This document shows positions 28,266 through 38,476 of a DNA stretch of 64,000 nucleotides, piece after piece. This DNA is from Isosphaeraceae bacterium (GTDB taxonomy: Bacteria; Planctomycetota; Planctomycetia; Isosphaerales; Isosphaeraceae). The position numbers were made by a program, and so were the translations under genes. The stretch covers positions 372,001-436,000 of the forward strand of contig CBDAVP010000016.1 in assembly GCA_965201075.1 (NCBI GenBank), in the 5' to 3' direction. How positions within the stretch are numbered: the first letter of the stretch is position 1; each line of letters starts with the position of its first letter. The notes below the pieces were generated by a model. That model did no database searches, was not told the origin of the DNA, and worked only from the letters and a program-made list of their open reading frames with translations.

Positions 28266-29354
28266 ATGAGGGAGCCGATCATCACTGGCGGCGGTTCCAC
28301 GAGGGACCCGGTCGAGGCGCCGGTGCATCGCGACGAGCAGGCCAAGCCGGTCGACCCGGTGGACGAGAAATTGCGTCCTCAGCGGCTGTCCGAGGTGATC
28401 GGTCAGAGGGTGGTGGCGGAACGCCTCTTGATCGCACTAACGGCTTCCCGGATGCGAAAGGAGCCTTTGCCGCACATCCTCTTTGATGGTCCCCCGGGGC
28501 TGGGCAAGACGACGTTCGCCACGGTGCTGCACAACGAGTTGGGCGTCGAGCTGAACATGACCAGCGGGCCGGCACTCGACAAGAAAATGGACGTGATGCC
28601 CTACCTGACCAACGCGGCCGAGGGCTCGATCCTGTTCATCGACGAGATCCACCGCTTACCCAAGGCCGTCGAGGAATTCATCTATCCGGTGATGGAGGAT
28701 TTTCGGGTCGATGTCGTGCTGGGCGAGGGGATGAGTGCCCGGACGATCAATCTCCCCCTGAAGAAGTTCACCATCATCGGCGCCACCACTCGCAGCGGGA
28801 TGCTTTCTGGGCCGCTGCGTGATCGGTTCCACATGCACGAGCACCTGGAGTTCTACGACGTCGACGACCTGGCCCGGATTGTCTCAGTGAATGCCAGCAA
28901 GCTGCGCACGACGGTCACCGAGGACGCCGCGTACGAACTGGCCCGTCGCAGTCGAGGCACGCCCCGCCTGGCGAACGCCCGGCTCCGTTGGGTCCGCGAT
29001 TATGCCACGGCGAGGGCCGACGGTCACATCACCCTGACAATCGCGGGGGATGCGCTCAATATGCAGGAGATCGACGTCGACGGGATGGACAAGCAGGATC
29101 GCCGCTACCTTGAGACCTTGATTCAGGTCTTTCGCGGCGGGCCGACCGGCGCTGGCGCTTTGGCCGCGACGATGAGCGTTTCGGAGGACACCCTGACCGA
29201 CGAGGTCGAGCCTTACCTCTTACGACGCCACTACATCATCCGCACTCCTCGGGGACGAAAGGCGACCGCGGCGGCCTATCGCCATCTGGGTCTGCGAGAG
29301 CCCGAGCCCGAGCCCGAGTTCGACATTGTCGACCAGCGTCGGCTGTTTGAATGA
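28266..29354 (+). CDS. ruvB: Holliday junction branch-migration helicase RuvB
   Basis: LRPQRLSEVIGQ, GPPGLGKTT, LFIDEIHRL, YPVMEDF, GATTRSG, RGTPR, EPYL, RTPRGR. Confidence 0.97.
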   Translation: MREPIITGGGSTRDPVEAPVHRDEQAKPVDPVDEKLRPQRLSEVIGQRVVAERLLIALTASRMRKEPLPHILFDGPPGLGKTTFATVLHNELGVELNMTSGPALDKKMDVMPYLTNAAEGSILFIDEIHRLPKAVEEFIYPVMEDFRVDVVLGEGMSARTINLPLKKFTIIGATTRSGMLSGPLRDRFHMHEHLEFYDVDDLARIVSVNASKLRTTVTEDAAYELARRSRGTPRLANARLRWVRDYATARADGHITLTIAGDALNMQEIDVDGMDKQDRRYLETLIQVFRGGPTGAGALAATMSVSEDTLTDEVEPYLLRRHYIIRTPRGRKATAAAYRHLGLREPEPEPEFDIVDQRRLFE

Positions 29355-29355
29355 G

Positions 29356-30369
29356 TCAAACGGGCCAGGGGCGCGACGCCCGCCAAAGGCGATCGCGCAG
29401 GGCTTGCCATTCGACCCGGTCGGGCGGAGGGACGATGACGATGAGGCTCGCGCTGGATTCGTCGGCTGCGTGGAGGGCGGCGTAAAACGAGGTGGCGGCC
29501 GAGGCGGGCGTTGAAAGGCAAACGGGTTGGACGTGGGGCGGCAACGCTTGAGAGGCGGGATGGTCGCCGAGGAGGATGAGTACGGCGGCCCCGGGCCACT
29601 CGAATCGGTCGAGGTCCTCGGCCTGGATGCGAAGGGTCGGAAGTTTCGGGGCGTAATGCGTGGCTAGTTGACCTGGGCTTTTCGGTCGATCCGAGGAAGC
29701 TTCGCCGGCGGATTCGCGGATTCGGTGACCGCCCAGGGCGTTGCGAATCTGGTCAATCGTGATTGCGCCGGGGCGTAGAAGTTGGGGGGTCGGCGTCGTC
29801 AGGTCGAGCACCGTCGACTCCAGGCCCAGCGCGGTCGGTCCACCGTCGAGGATCAACTCGATACGGCCGTCGAGATCCTTGGCGACGTGCCGGGCGAGGG
29901 TTGGCGAGATGCCATTGGAACGGTTGGCGCTGGGCGCGGCGATCGGCAGGCCGAGGCGGGCGATCAACGTTCGGGCGATCAGGGATTCGGGGACTCGAAT
30001 CGCCACCGTCTGCTGGCCGGCGGTGACGAGGTCGGGGATCTTATCGGAGCGCGGCAGGACCAGGGTCAAGGGGCCCGGCCAGAACTGAGCGGCCAGACGC
30101 TGGGCGGAAGACGGCCAGTCGGCGACGCAGGGCGAGACCCGCTCGGGCCCGTCGGCGTGCACGATCAAAGGGTTGTAGGAGGGGCGTCCCTTGGCCTCGA
30201 AGATCCGGGCGACGGCCGAGGGGTCGGTGGCGACAGCGCCCAGTCCGTAGACCGTCTCGGTCGGGAAGGCGACGAGCCCTCCTGAACGGAGGATGTCGGC
30301 CGCCTCTTCGAGGATCGCGTCGTCCGGAGCGAGAGGGTCGATCGCGACGATTCGGGTGGTGATCGCCAT
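29356..30369 (-). CDS. sua5: L-threonylcarbamoyladenylate synthase, Sua5 type
   Basis: VAFPTETVYGLGA, KGRPSYNPLIVH, FWPGPLT, AAPSAN, GLESTV, LRPG, SPGQLATHYAP. Confidence 0.94.
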   Translation of the reverse strand: MAITTRIVAIDPLAPDDAILEEAADILRSGGLVAFPTETVYGLGAVATDPSAVARIFEAKGRPSYNPLIVHADGPERVSPCVADWPSSAQRLAAQFWPGPLTLVLPRSDKIPDLVTAGQQTVAIRVPESLIARTLIARLGLPIAAPSANRSNGISPTLARHVAKDLDGRIELILDGGPTALGLESTVLDLTTPTPQLLRPGAITIDQIRNALGGHRIRESAGEASSDRPKSPGQLATHYAPKLPTLRIQAEDLDRFEWPGAAVLILLGDHPASQALPPHVQPVCLSTPASAATSFYAALHAADESSASLIVIVPPPDRVEWQALRDRLWRASRPWPV

Positions 30370-30408
30370 GACCAGCCTCCCTATTCCATCGGGCTGAAGA
30401 GGGATGAT

Positions 30409-31611
30409 TCAGCGGTCGCGGTCCAAACCCTCGGCCGGATGCGGCGAGTGGTGATTGTGCCGACCCTGGGATTGTCGGGTGGCCATCCCGGTTCTTACCG
30501 CGGCGTCCGCTTGCTGGGCGATATAGGCGGTCTTGAGGGCCTCGTGGTCGGCTTCTCGATGATCGTACAGGCGGCGCAGGGGACGCGGTTGGTGGCGGGC
30601 CAGGGCGTGGGCGGTCAGCAAGGGGAGGAAGATGGTGGTGTCGGTGTAGCAGGTGATGGCGTCGGGGAGCTTGTCGGGGTCGACCTTGCCCCAGGTCATC
30701 GCCTCGTGAGCCGTCGCGCCGGAGAGTCCCCCCGTGTCGGGTCGGGCGTCGGTCACCTGGAGGAAGTAGTCGTGCCCGCTTTCGGCCAGTCCCAGGACTT
30801 CCTGGATTTGCGGCTCGGTCTGGAGGATGAAATTCTTCGGACTTCCTCCGCCCAGGATCAGGACGCCCGACTTGCCGCCGCCTTGCTTGGCCTTCCATAC
30901 GATCGAGGCGGTTTCGTTGACGTCCCGCAATGGGTCGATGCGCAGGGCCGAACCTTCCAGGGCGAGGGCGGCGAGGTTCATGCCGATGGAACTGTCGCCG
31001 GGGCTGGAGGTGTAGACCGGTACGCCGCACTCGAACGCGGCGGCCAGCAGGCTGTTGGCTGGCTGTCCCAGGGTCGCCGCTCGTCCGTGCAGGTAGCGGC
31101 CGACCTCGTGGTGGAACTCGGCGGTGCCCATCGGCTTGGCGAACGCTTCCCCGCGGATCAACTCTCGGTAGAAGGCATCGGTGTCGAGAAGCGTCTTGTA
31201 GTCGAAAACGATGTCGTAGATGCGGATGATGTCGTTGGCCCGCAAGGCGAAGTCGTCGAGGTTCGGCCGGCTCTGGTGCAAAGGGAGGTCGAGGGCGAAG
31301 TGCGTGTCGTGGTACAGGTTCGCCCCGGTCGAGACAATCCAGTCGACGAATCCGGCGCGGACCAGGGGGATCAGGCAACTCATCCCGAGGCCGGCGGGCG
31401 TCAAGGCGCCGGAGAGCGTCAGGCCGACCGTGCAGTCGGGTTCGAGGAATTTGCGGGTGAAGACCTGGCAAGCCTCGCGAAGCCGGCCGCCGTTGTAGCT
31501 CAGGAAGGCCGACTCCACCAGGTCGGCCGCCGTCTCGGTTCCCCGGATCGCGGGTGGAGCGATCCGCCGGGCGCTCAGGCCGTGGAGGTAGTCGCCGGTT
31601 CCGTCACTCAT
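30409..31611 (-). CDS. Deoxyhypusine-synthase homologue (SpeY-like, probably homospermidine biosynthesis)
   Basis: [57 protein letters not shown] (catalytic Lys retained). Confidence 0.9.
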   Translation of the reverse strand: MSDGTGDYLHGLSARRIAPPAIRGTETAADLVESAFLSYNGGRLREACQVFTRKFLEPDCTVGLTLSGALTPAGLGMSCLIPLVRAGFVDWIVSTGANLYHDTHFALDLPLHQSRPNLDDFALRANDIIRIYDIVFDYKTLLDTDAFYRELIRGEAFAKPMGTAEFHHEVGRYLHGRAATLGQPANSLLAAAFECGVPVYTSSPGDSSIGMNLAALALEGSALRIDPLRDVNETASIVWKAKQGGGKSGVLILGGGSPKNFILQTEPQIQEVLGLAESGHDYFLQVTDARPDTGGLSGATAHEAMTWGKVDPDKLPDAITCYTDTTIFLPLLTAHALARHQPRPLRRLYDHREADHEALKTAYIAQQADAAVRTGMATRQSQGRHNHHSPHPAEGLDRDR

Positions 31612-32153
31612 GGGAGGAGGATCGCGGCGGCGACGGTGGTCGTCCAGCGGCCATTTCGGTCGCCGACGGCGGTGGCGGTCACTTCCTTGGTTTCGTAGAT
31701 CACGTCGGCGATCTTCCAGATCTCGCGTTTCTCGTCCCAGGAGCTGTCTGGGTCGAACTCGATGCCCAGGACGGTCGCGAGCATCTCGGCGGCGAGGTCC
31801 TCGGCATAGTCGGCGGCCACCTTCTCGGTCTGGCCGTAGGCGTGGTGTTCCGATAGGTAGCCGAAGGTGTTCCGATCGCGCGGGATCGCCACGCCGACGC
31901 TCGAGGCGCACAAGCGGTTGGGCTCGGCGGTGGCGCACTCGCTCATCACCACATGGACGATCTGGCCGGGCTGGAGATCCTTGAGCCCGTCCTCGATCGA
32001 CACTTCCTGGCAATTCGGCGGGAAGATGCTGGAAACGCGAACCAGGTTGTAACAGGCGATCTTCGCGTCCCTCAAGGCGAGCTCGAAGCTGGAGAGCTTC
32101 TCGCGATGAGTTCCGACGCCCTTGGTGAAGAACAACTTCTTGGGTACGTACAT
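31608..32153 (-). CDS. pdaD: Pyruvoyl-dependent arginine decarboxylase
   Basis: [23 protein letters not shown] (Ser-Ser autocleavage site), [21 protein letters not shown] overlap with the DHS gene. Confidence 0.92.
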   Translation of the reverse strand: MYVPKKLFFTKGVGTHREKLSSFELALRDAKIACYNLVRVSSIFPPNCQEVSIEDGLKDLQPGQIVHVVMSECATAEPNRLCASSVGVAIPRDRNTFGYLSEHHAYGQTEKVAADYAEDLAAEMLATVLGIEFDPDSSWDEKREIWKIADVIYETKEVTATAVGDRNGRWTTTVAAAILLP

Positions 32154-32340
32154 CGTCTGCAATTCACCTCGGAGAGTGCGGCCCGGACATCGTCGACGAG
32201 AGAGCGTCAACGATAAAAAAATCGAGACTCAGCATCAAGTCCCCGACCCGGCGATCAACGCATCCGGCTGACGTCTCTCGCCACTTCGCGCGTATGATGG
32301 AGGGCCTGGACCGGAGCGGACGCCTGGAGGGTTCGAGTCG

Positions 32341-35300
32341 ATGAAACGGTCGCGTTTCGGTTGGGCCGGTCCCCTTGTTCTGGCAATCCTGGTCCTGGGT
32401 ATTGGGAATCGGATCGGGGCCGCCGAGAAGTTGATTATCCCGCCGGACGGCCCCACGGGTCTCTCACGGCTGAAGGTCGCGGCGGATGGCGGCCTCCTCT
32501 ATCTGGCTGGCGGGACGTCTTACCACGTCGTCAACCCCGATGGGACCTTGCGGGCGACCTTCGCGCCTCCGCATGCGAACGGCCCCCGCGACCTGTTCCC
32601 GCTGGCCAATGGTTGGCTGATTGGCTGCCACAACCGCTTCCGAGCGCAGGTGGCCCTTCATCGGCCCGATGGGACCTTGAGCCAGCAACTGATCCACCAG
32701 GGACCTCGGCAGGAGGACATCCATCCCGACAACACCCAGACGTTGAATCCCGGGGGAGTCGCGGTGGACGAGGCCGCTCGGCGGATCTTCCTGATTGAGT
32801 CACGGGTGGCTCCCCCAGGCGTTCCCAGCCCGGACTGGTCACGAGTCGCTCGCTTTGACCTCGACGGCAAGTATCTGGGCGACTTCCACCGCTTTGACGC
32901 GAGCGATCCCCGTGCCGACGACCGCCTGCGGACCTGGCTCTGCGACGTCGCGCTTGACCCGAAACGCCAACGCGTCTACGTCCTGACCGGCCGAGACGGC
33001 GACATCCTCGCCTTTGATTACGAGGGCCGACCCGTGGGCCAGGCTCGCGCCTTGGCAAAGGCGGAGGCTCACGACGGGGGGTTGGCGGTCACGCCCGAGG
33101 GGCGAGTCGTTCTCGGGCAAGGGCATGTTCTGAAGGTGCTGGGCCTGGACCTCGGCGTCGAGCGGACGGTTCCGGTCGACCCGAGTCTCGGAAATGTCCA
33201 GGATATTGAGGCTGACTCCAGCGGACGCCTGTACGCGGTGGTCGATAAGCCCGGGACGTGGTTCCTCCGCTGGGAGAGCAACCTGGAAGGCCCGAAGGTC
33301 TTCGGACCCGATACGCTCGCCCTGGCCGCCGACTTTCCCACCGGCGTCCTTGAGGCCGGCAAGCCAATCTCGATGCGGGTGGCGGCGACCGGGCGACTGG
33401 GGGGACCGGCCAGACGGCGCTGGCAGGCCCTGGCGAGACCCGCCGAGGGAGGCGAACTCGACTGGTCGAGCCTGCCCCTACGCGAACAGGGCGACCGTGT
33501 CACGATCGCGACCCCCGCGAGCCTTCGAGGTCTCTACGAAGTTGCCTTGCGTTACGGAGATGGGCCAATCGACCGGGCCAACCTTGCCGCCGACCCCTCG
33601 TTGAGCCAGGTTTTGACCTTCCTGCCGAAGGGGACGACCCGAACCCTCTCGCTGTTCACCGCGGATGGTCGCCGGGCCTATCGACAGGGGGAACCGATCC
33701 CGTTCCAGTTGGTCCGTCGTGGTCCGGCCGGGGCCCCCACGCGGGTCCGACTTGAGTTGCGCCGTGAACGGGCCGTGATGGCCACGGCCGAGTTGACCGT
33801 CCAGACGCACTACGCCGGGCTCATCCCCTCGGCCTTCACCGATCGACTCGCGCCCGGCCACTATCGACTGATTCCGGAGGCCGACGGACACTCGACCTTT
33901 CCGATGGGCCTCGACCTGGCCGGTGCCGAGCCCGACTCGCCAATGCAGCGCATCCTCTACCACGAGTTTGGCAGTCCCATTGACACCATGATGAGTACTC
34001 AGCCCGTCGAGGCGGAACGGCTGGCATTTGGGCGGACGATCACCCGGTCGGCCCGGGATCTGGGGTTCACCCGTCAGACCGATCGTTACCTGGCCAATCG
34101 CCAGGCCGGCGAACCCAGGGCCTGGCGACGGGGCGAATCCGCGTTCCCCGCCGCCGGCCCGTTGTTCCCCCCACCCGACGCCTTCCTCTCCCCCAAGCCC
34201 GGTTCGAGCTGGGCCATCGAGGACTACCTCGACCGGGCGACCGCCTCGGGGCTTGTCTACGAGACGCAGGCGATGGTCCATTGCGGAAATGTCTGCTTCC
34301 GAGAACCCGGGCTGGGCCAACTCGTCGCGACCCTCCAACGAGGCGCCCAGCGGTTCGAGCGCTATCCGTCGTTCCGTGGGTTCAATTTCAACGACGAGAT
34401 GTTCTTCTCCCAGGACAAGGGGGATCTGGCCTGGCTCGACTCCAAGGCCAAGACTCTACCGCCCGGCGCTCCCCGAGCCGACGTGCTGGGCCTCGCCCTG
34501 AAGACGATGTACGACCGGCTCATCGCCGCGACCCACGAGGTTGACCCCTCCGCGAAGGTCACGGCCACGCCCATGTGGCAATTCCCCGCCACCGAGGGGA
34601 GCTATCCGCCGGCCATCTATCGAGGGATGTCGGAGTCCTACAGCCACTTCCTTTCCGAAGGCTACCAGCTTCCCTGGTATCCGGCGCACTCGGTCGAGAT
34701 GCTCCGCCGTCCTGGCTTGCCCTTGATGGGAGTCTTCGACAATGCGAGCCAGAACTCCGGGGTGGCCCAGCAGGTTTATCTCAAAAACGCCTTCCAGGTC
34801 CTCGGCCGCGGCGTGCAGGGGATCGGGGTCGAGCACGTCCTCCCGGTCGACAACCCGTTCGCGGCCGACGCGCTTCGCCTGGCAAACCTCGTGGCCCGAC
34901 TTTATGGCCCCATCTTCGCCGAGGCGCCGCCGGTCAATGAACTGGCGATCCTCTACTCGCGAACCCAGGATGTGACCGAGACGCGCAACCGGATCGGCAC
35001 CCCCCATTGGGAGCGAGTCTTCGCCCTGCTGGGGGCGGGGTTGATGGCCGGCCTGCCCGCCGAGGTCGCCTTCGAGGAAGACATTGCCGCCGGGCATCTG
35101 CTGCGGGACGGACGACCACGAGTTCCGATGCTCTTGCTCACCGGGCAGAAGCAAGCCTTCTCCGAAACCGTCCGGCAGGCTATTGACGGCTACATATCCG
35201 CCGGGGGCCGGGTGTTTTTCGACGCGGACTCGGCGCCCTACCCCAACGCGACGCGGCTCGACATTCAGAGCCACGTCCTCAAGGATCCGTTGGCCCAGGC

Positions 35301-38256
35301 CTATGCCTCGGACACCCCCTTCCCTTTGATCCAACCACGGCTCGAAGCCCTGGCCTCCGCACTTGGCCAGGCGCTTGGGGGATCTCGCCGCTTCCCGATC
35401 GACGCCGACGACGCCTGGGTCTCGCGCAACGGCTTCGACGGGGGCGCGGTCCGCTACCTCTTCCTCGCCAGGGAAACGTCTCCCTACCCGTGGCCGGCGC
35501 CCGAGGTCTGGTCACTGGGAACCACTTACTCGTCGAACGTCCTGCCCACGACGGTGAACTTGAAAATTCCGTGGACCTCGGGAGCCCTCTACGATGTTTT
35601 CGACCACTCGGTGATCCAGCCCAAGATCGAAGGCAACAAGGCCACGTTCCCCGCCGACCTGACTCTGATCCCCGGGCGACTCTTCGCGATTGCCCCCGCC
35701 CCACTGGGTTCCCCGAAACTCTCGGCCGAGGTTTCGAGGGACGCGGCAGGGGTCGCCATCCGCTACCGGGTCAGCGTCGTTGACGATCAAGGGCGTCCCC
35801 TGCCCGCCCGCGTGCCGATTCGCGTCCGCCTGGTCGAGAATTCCGTGACCGAGGTCGAGCTCATTCGCAGTACGGGCGTCGATGGGGCACTCGCCGGTAC
35901 GATCCCATTGCCCCTCTCCTCGAAGTCTCTCACCCTTGAGGTCACCGAACTCCTGGGAGGTCGCGGAAGTTCGCTTCCCCTGGCCGCCGAGGTGCCGGCC
36001 ACCGCGATGGTCAACCGTCGCCCGGACGTCGAGCCGCTCCGCGAGGACCGCCTCCGCGCCTTGATCGCGCAAGCCTCGGGCACCCTGCGATTGGTCCTGC
36101 CGCCGGGCGTCACCAGCCCCCCGGCCAACCTGGTGGCGGGTCTTCGGGAACGAGGAATCTCCCTGAAACCTCTCGACGAACTTCCCAAGGAACCCGTCCC
36201 GGGAGTGTACCTGGCCGTGGGGGTGATCCCGCAAATGGTGACCGGCAACCATCCCGACGACCTCGCCTGGCTGGCCTGGTCCCGCGGACTGCTGCCCTAC
36301 TCCGCCTCCGCCGAAAATCCCGGACCGGGCCGGGGCTTCTTCGCCCCCGCGTTTTCCCCCCGGGCCGACCGGGAGCACGCCATCGTCCTGCTCGCCAGCG
36401 ACGGTCCGGGCCTGGGCAAGACCTTCCAGGGTTTTCTGGATTGGCTCGGCGGGGGAGAGGAACGGTCGAAACCGTCGGGGGCCGCGAAAGTGGTGCTTCC
36501 CCCCGCGGTTGGCAAAGCCAGCCGGGTCGCGTCGGTCCCTCGCATGTCCGACCTGATCGGGCCGCGACTCTCCGACCTCGTCCTCAGTGCCGACGGCAAG
36601 CATCTGGCGGTCTCGGCCGAGGGATACGCGCGAAATGTGGCCCTGTTGGAAGACCTCGGCGACCGGGCCTGGATCGTGAGAGCCGCCCGGGTCGGGCAGG
36701 CTCCGAGGGCGGGCAGCCTGTTTGTCTCGGCCGATGGTCAATCCTTCGGCGCGTCGTCTCGCACGACCTCCCGGGTCGGCGAAGCGTTCCACCTCGGTTC
36801 CTCGTCCTCCGAGGCGTTCGACGCGTTCGCCAGCTTCGGCGACATTGGCGGTCAGCGGCGCCAATTCGCCGTCAACGACGAGGCCAACCTCGTCATCGCC
36901 CCCGGCTCCTACGGTTACACCTGCTGGCGTCGTGACAGTCCGAACGCGAACTGGCGAGATGTCTGGACGCGCGATGCGTGGAAGGACTTTCGCGAGTGGA
37001 ACTGGCCGATCGACCCGGTCGACGAACGCCTCCCCCAGTTTGATGCCGTTATCCCCCATCGTGCCGACTTCGCCCTGATCTTGGGCGCCGAGACGGCGGA
37101 AAATGGTTGGATTACTTCCGAACATCCGCACGGAGCGCGGCTCTCGGCGGTTGGCCTGGCTGATGGCAAGGAACGGTGGGGGTTCGACGTGCCGATCCCC
37201 GGGAAACTCCTTCTGCCGACACTCCGGACCAGCCCCGACGGGTCTCGGGTTCTCCTCGTGGTCCAGGTGGGCAGTTTCGGCCAGCCAAGCTATCAGTGTT
37301 TCAGCGTGGCCGAGGGCCGGTCGCTGGGCCATTGGAGTTGCCCCGGGGCGAGCCGGGCCGTCGCCCTGTCCGACAAGTCGGGGTTGATCGCCCAGGCTTA
37401 CGAGGGGCGAATTCTGGAAATCCGACGACCCGACGGCACCATGCTGATGAGCCGGATCTGGCCCGACCAGCCGATCGGCCTGGCCTTCGCCCCGGACGGC
37501 CAGGGGATTTTCGTGGCCGACGATGCTGGCCACCTGACTTCCATCCTCGCGAGCGGCGGCGAGGCCTGGCGCGTCGCCATTGGCTGCCGGGCGACGCTCG
37601 CCACTCGCGGGGATCGCCTCTACGTCGCCGGATACGACGGCCGGGTTCGGGCTTACGGGCTCGACGGACGCCCGCTCTGGACGCTCGACACCACCCCTGC
37701 CCTGAATGTCCCCCGTCCGATGGACCTCGCCGCGCGGTCAACCGAACCCGACGGCCCGACCTTCCACGAAGCTCGCCGCCCACCGACGAGTACCGCGAAG
37801 GTCCCCGATGGCCCGAACCTCTTGAAGACTGGCGACGCGACCTTGACCGTCGGCGGCACCAAGAGCTGGATGTCCTCTGGCGAGGTCCTCGTAACGCCTG
37901 CCCAGCTTACCGACGGGAAACGCAAGTCGATTCCCTGGTTGAGTTTGAACGAACTTTTTTGGGCCGCCCGAGCCGGCAGGCAGGTGTGGGCCGAGATCAG
38001 TTTCAAATCTCCGACCTCCGTGAAGGCCCTGACCATCCTTGAAGACCCTGAGCATCCTGAATCCTGGCCGACCGATAGCCTGGTGCAGGTCTGGGACGAG
38101 CCTAGCCAGTCCTGGAAGACTGCCGAGCGAGGCTGTTTCCTGACCGGACCGGACAACACTTATCCGCTCAACCTCAAGGATGTCAAAAAGTTGCGCTATG
38201 TTCCGTGGGGCAATTATTACCGAAACGTGGCCACCAGCGAGATCGAGGTTCGCTAA
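32341..38256 (+). CDS. 1971-aa secreted multidomain protein: NHL-like propeller, glycoside-hydrolase-like barrel with GH42-type middle domain, WD40/PQQ-like propeller, C-terminal galactose-binding-like domain
   Basis: Signal peptide; NPGGVAVD, DVALDP, GLAVTPEG repeats; FRGFNFNDE; LAILYS...AGLPAEVAFEEDI...YISAGGRVFFD; GLAFAPDG, GYDGRVRAYGLDGRPLW; LTDGK...WAEISF...VQVWD. Confidence 0.8.
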   Translation: MKRSRFGWAGPLVLAILVLGIGNRIGAAEKLIIPPDGPTGLSRLKVAADGGLLYLAGGTSYHVVNPDGTLRATFAPPHANGPRDLFPLANGWLIGCHNRFRAQVALHRPDGTLSQQLIHQGPRQEDIHPDNTQTLNPGGVAVDEAARRIFLIESRVAPPGVPSPDWSRVARFDLDGKYLGDFHRFDASDPRADDRLRTWLCDVALDPKRQRVYVLTGRDGDILAFDYEGRPVGQARALAKAEAHDGGLAVTPEGRVVLGQGHVLKVLGLDLGVERTVPVDPSLGNVQDIEADSSGRLYAVVDKPGTWFLRWESNLEGPKVFGPDTLALAADFPTGVLEAGKPISMRVAATGRLGGPARRRWQALARPAEGGELDWSSLPLREQGDRVTIATPASLRGLYEVALRYGDGPIDRANLAADPSLSQVLTFLPKGTTRTLSLFTADGRRAYRQGEPIPFQLVRRGPAGAPTRVRLELRRERAVMATAELTVQTHYAGLIPSAFTDRLAPGHYRLIPEADGHSTFPMGLDLAGAEPDSPMQRILYHEFGSPIDTMMSTQPVEAERLAFGRTITRSARDLGFTRQTDRYLANRQAGEPRAWRRGESAFPAAGPLFPPPDAFLSPKPGSSWAIEDYLDRATASGLVYETQAMVHCGNVCFREPGLGQLVATLQRGAQRFERYPSFRGFNFNDEMFFSQDKGDLAWLDSKAKTLPPGAPRADVLGLALKTMYDRLIAATHEVDPSAKVTATPMWQFPATEGSYPPAIYRGMSESYSHFLSEGYQLPWYPAHSVEMLRRPGLPLMGVFDNASQNSGVAQQVYLKNAFQVLGRGVQGIGVEHVLPVDNPFAADALRLANLVARLYGPIFAEAPPVNELAILYSRTQDVTETRNRIGTPHWERVFALLGAGLMAGLPAEVAFEEDIAAGHLLRDGRPRVPMLLLTGQKQAFSETVRQAIDGYISAGGRVFFDADSAPYPNATRLDIQSHVLKDPLAQAYASDTPFPLIQPRLEALASALGQALGGSRRFPIDADDAWVSRNGFDGGAVRYLFLARETSPYPWPAPEVWSLGTTYSSNVLPTTVNLKIPWTSGALYDVFDHSVIQPKIEGNKATFPADLTLIPGRLFAIAPAPLGSPKLSAEVSRDAAGVAIRYRVSVVDDQGRPLPARVPIRVRLVENSVTEVELIRSTGVDGALAGTIPLPLSSKSLTLEVTELLGGRGSSLPLAAEVPATAMVNRRPDVEPLREDRLRALIAQASGTLRLVLPPGVTSPPANLVAGLRERGISLKPLDELPKEPVPGVYLAVGVIPQMVTGNHPDDLAWLAWSRGLLPYSASAENPGPGRGFFAPAFSPRADREHAIVLLASDGPGLGKTFQGFLDWLGGGEERSKPSGAAKVVLPPAVGKASRVASVPRMSDLIGPRLSDLVLSADGKHLAVSAEGYARNVALLEDLGDRAWIVRAARVGQAPRAGSLFVSADGQSFGASSRTTSRVGEAFHLGSSSSEAFDAFASFGDIGGQRRQFAVNDEANLVIAPGSYGYTCWRRDSPNANWRDVWTRDAWKDFREWNWPIDPVDERLPQFDAVIPHRADFALILGAETAENGWITSEHPHGARLSAVGLADGKERWGFDVPIPGKLLLPTLRTSPDGSRVLLVVQVGSFGQPSYQCFSVAEGRSLGHWSCPGASRAVALSDKSGLIAQAYEGRILEIRRPDGTMLMSRIWPDQPIGLAFAPDGQGIFVADDAGHLTSILASGGEAWRVAIGCRATLATRGDRLYVAGYDGRVRAYGLDGRPLWTLDTTPALNVPRPMDLAARSTEPDGPTFHEARRPPTSTAKVPDGPNLLKTGDATLTVGGTKSWMSSGEVLVTPAQLTDGKRKSIPWLSLNELFWAARAGRQVWAEISFKSPTSVKALTILEDPEHPESWPTDSLVQVWDEPSQSWKTAERGCFLTGPDNTYPLNLKDVKKLRYVPWGNYYRNVATSEIEVR

Positions 38257-38326
38257 CGAGTCCGGCTTCGCGAAACCCCGCCGCCTTGCCTGTCTTGCCA
38301 GGTCGCGCCCCCACCCATTATAAATT

Positions 38327-38476
38327 GGAGGATCGCGGAAGGCCCGACGCAGTCGTCGAGGGGCGGCCGGGCATTCGCTCGCGGCCTTCCCGAAATTTCG
38401 GGGCACGGGCGAACCTTCCGGCAGTGACCTTCGTAGCCGAAGGCAGACCCTTCGTCCGTCGAGAGTTTCGGTCTCC
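38327..38476 (+). ncRNA. Candidate structured non-coding RNA (~150 nt, rod-like with side hairpin; 6S-like or leader RNA)
   Basis: Upstream TTGCCA (38295) and CATTATAAATT; nested pairings GGAGGATCG/CGGTCTCC, CGACG/CGTCG, CGAGGGG/CCCTTCG, GCCGG/CCGGC, TTCGCTCG/CGGGCGAA, CCCGA/TCGGG; side hairpin CCTTCG-TAGC-CGAAGG; T-tract at 38482-38490. Confidence 0.6.

Noticed and set aside
30409..31611. Calling this a true eIF5A-type hypusination system
   Set aside because: No efp/eIF5A or deoxyhypusine hydroxylase gene nearby; coupling to arginine decarboxylase fits polyamine synthesis better
38327..38476. Assigning the structured RNA to SRP RNA, a glycine/SAM/cobalamin riboswitch or a small ORF
   Set aside because: Diagnostic motifs absent (no SRP CAGG..GGAA..AGCAG loop, no CUCUCAGG, no cobalamin box); overlapping short ORFs lack an RBS and protein-like composition
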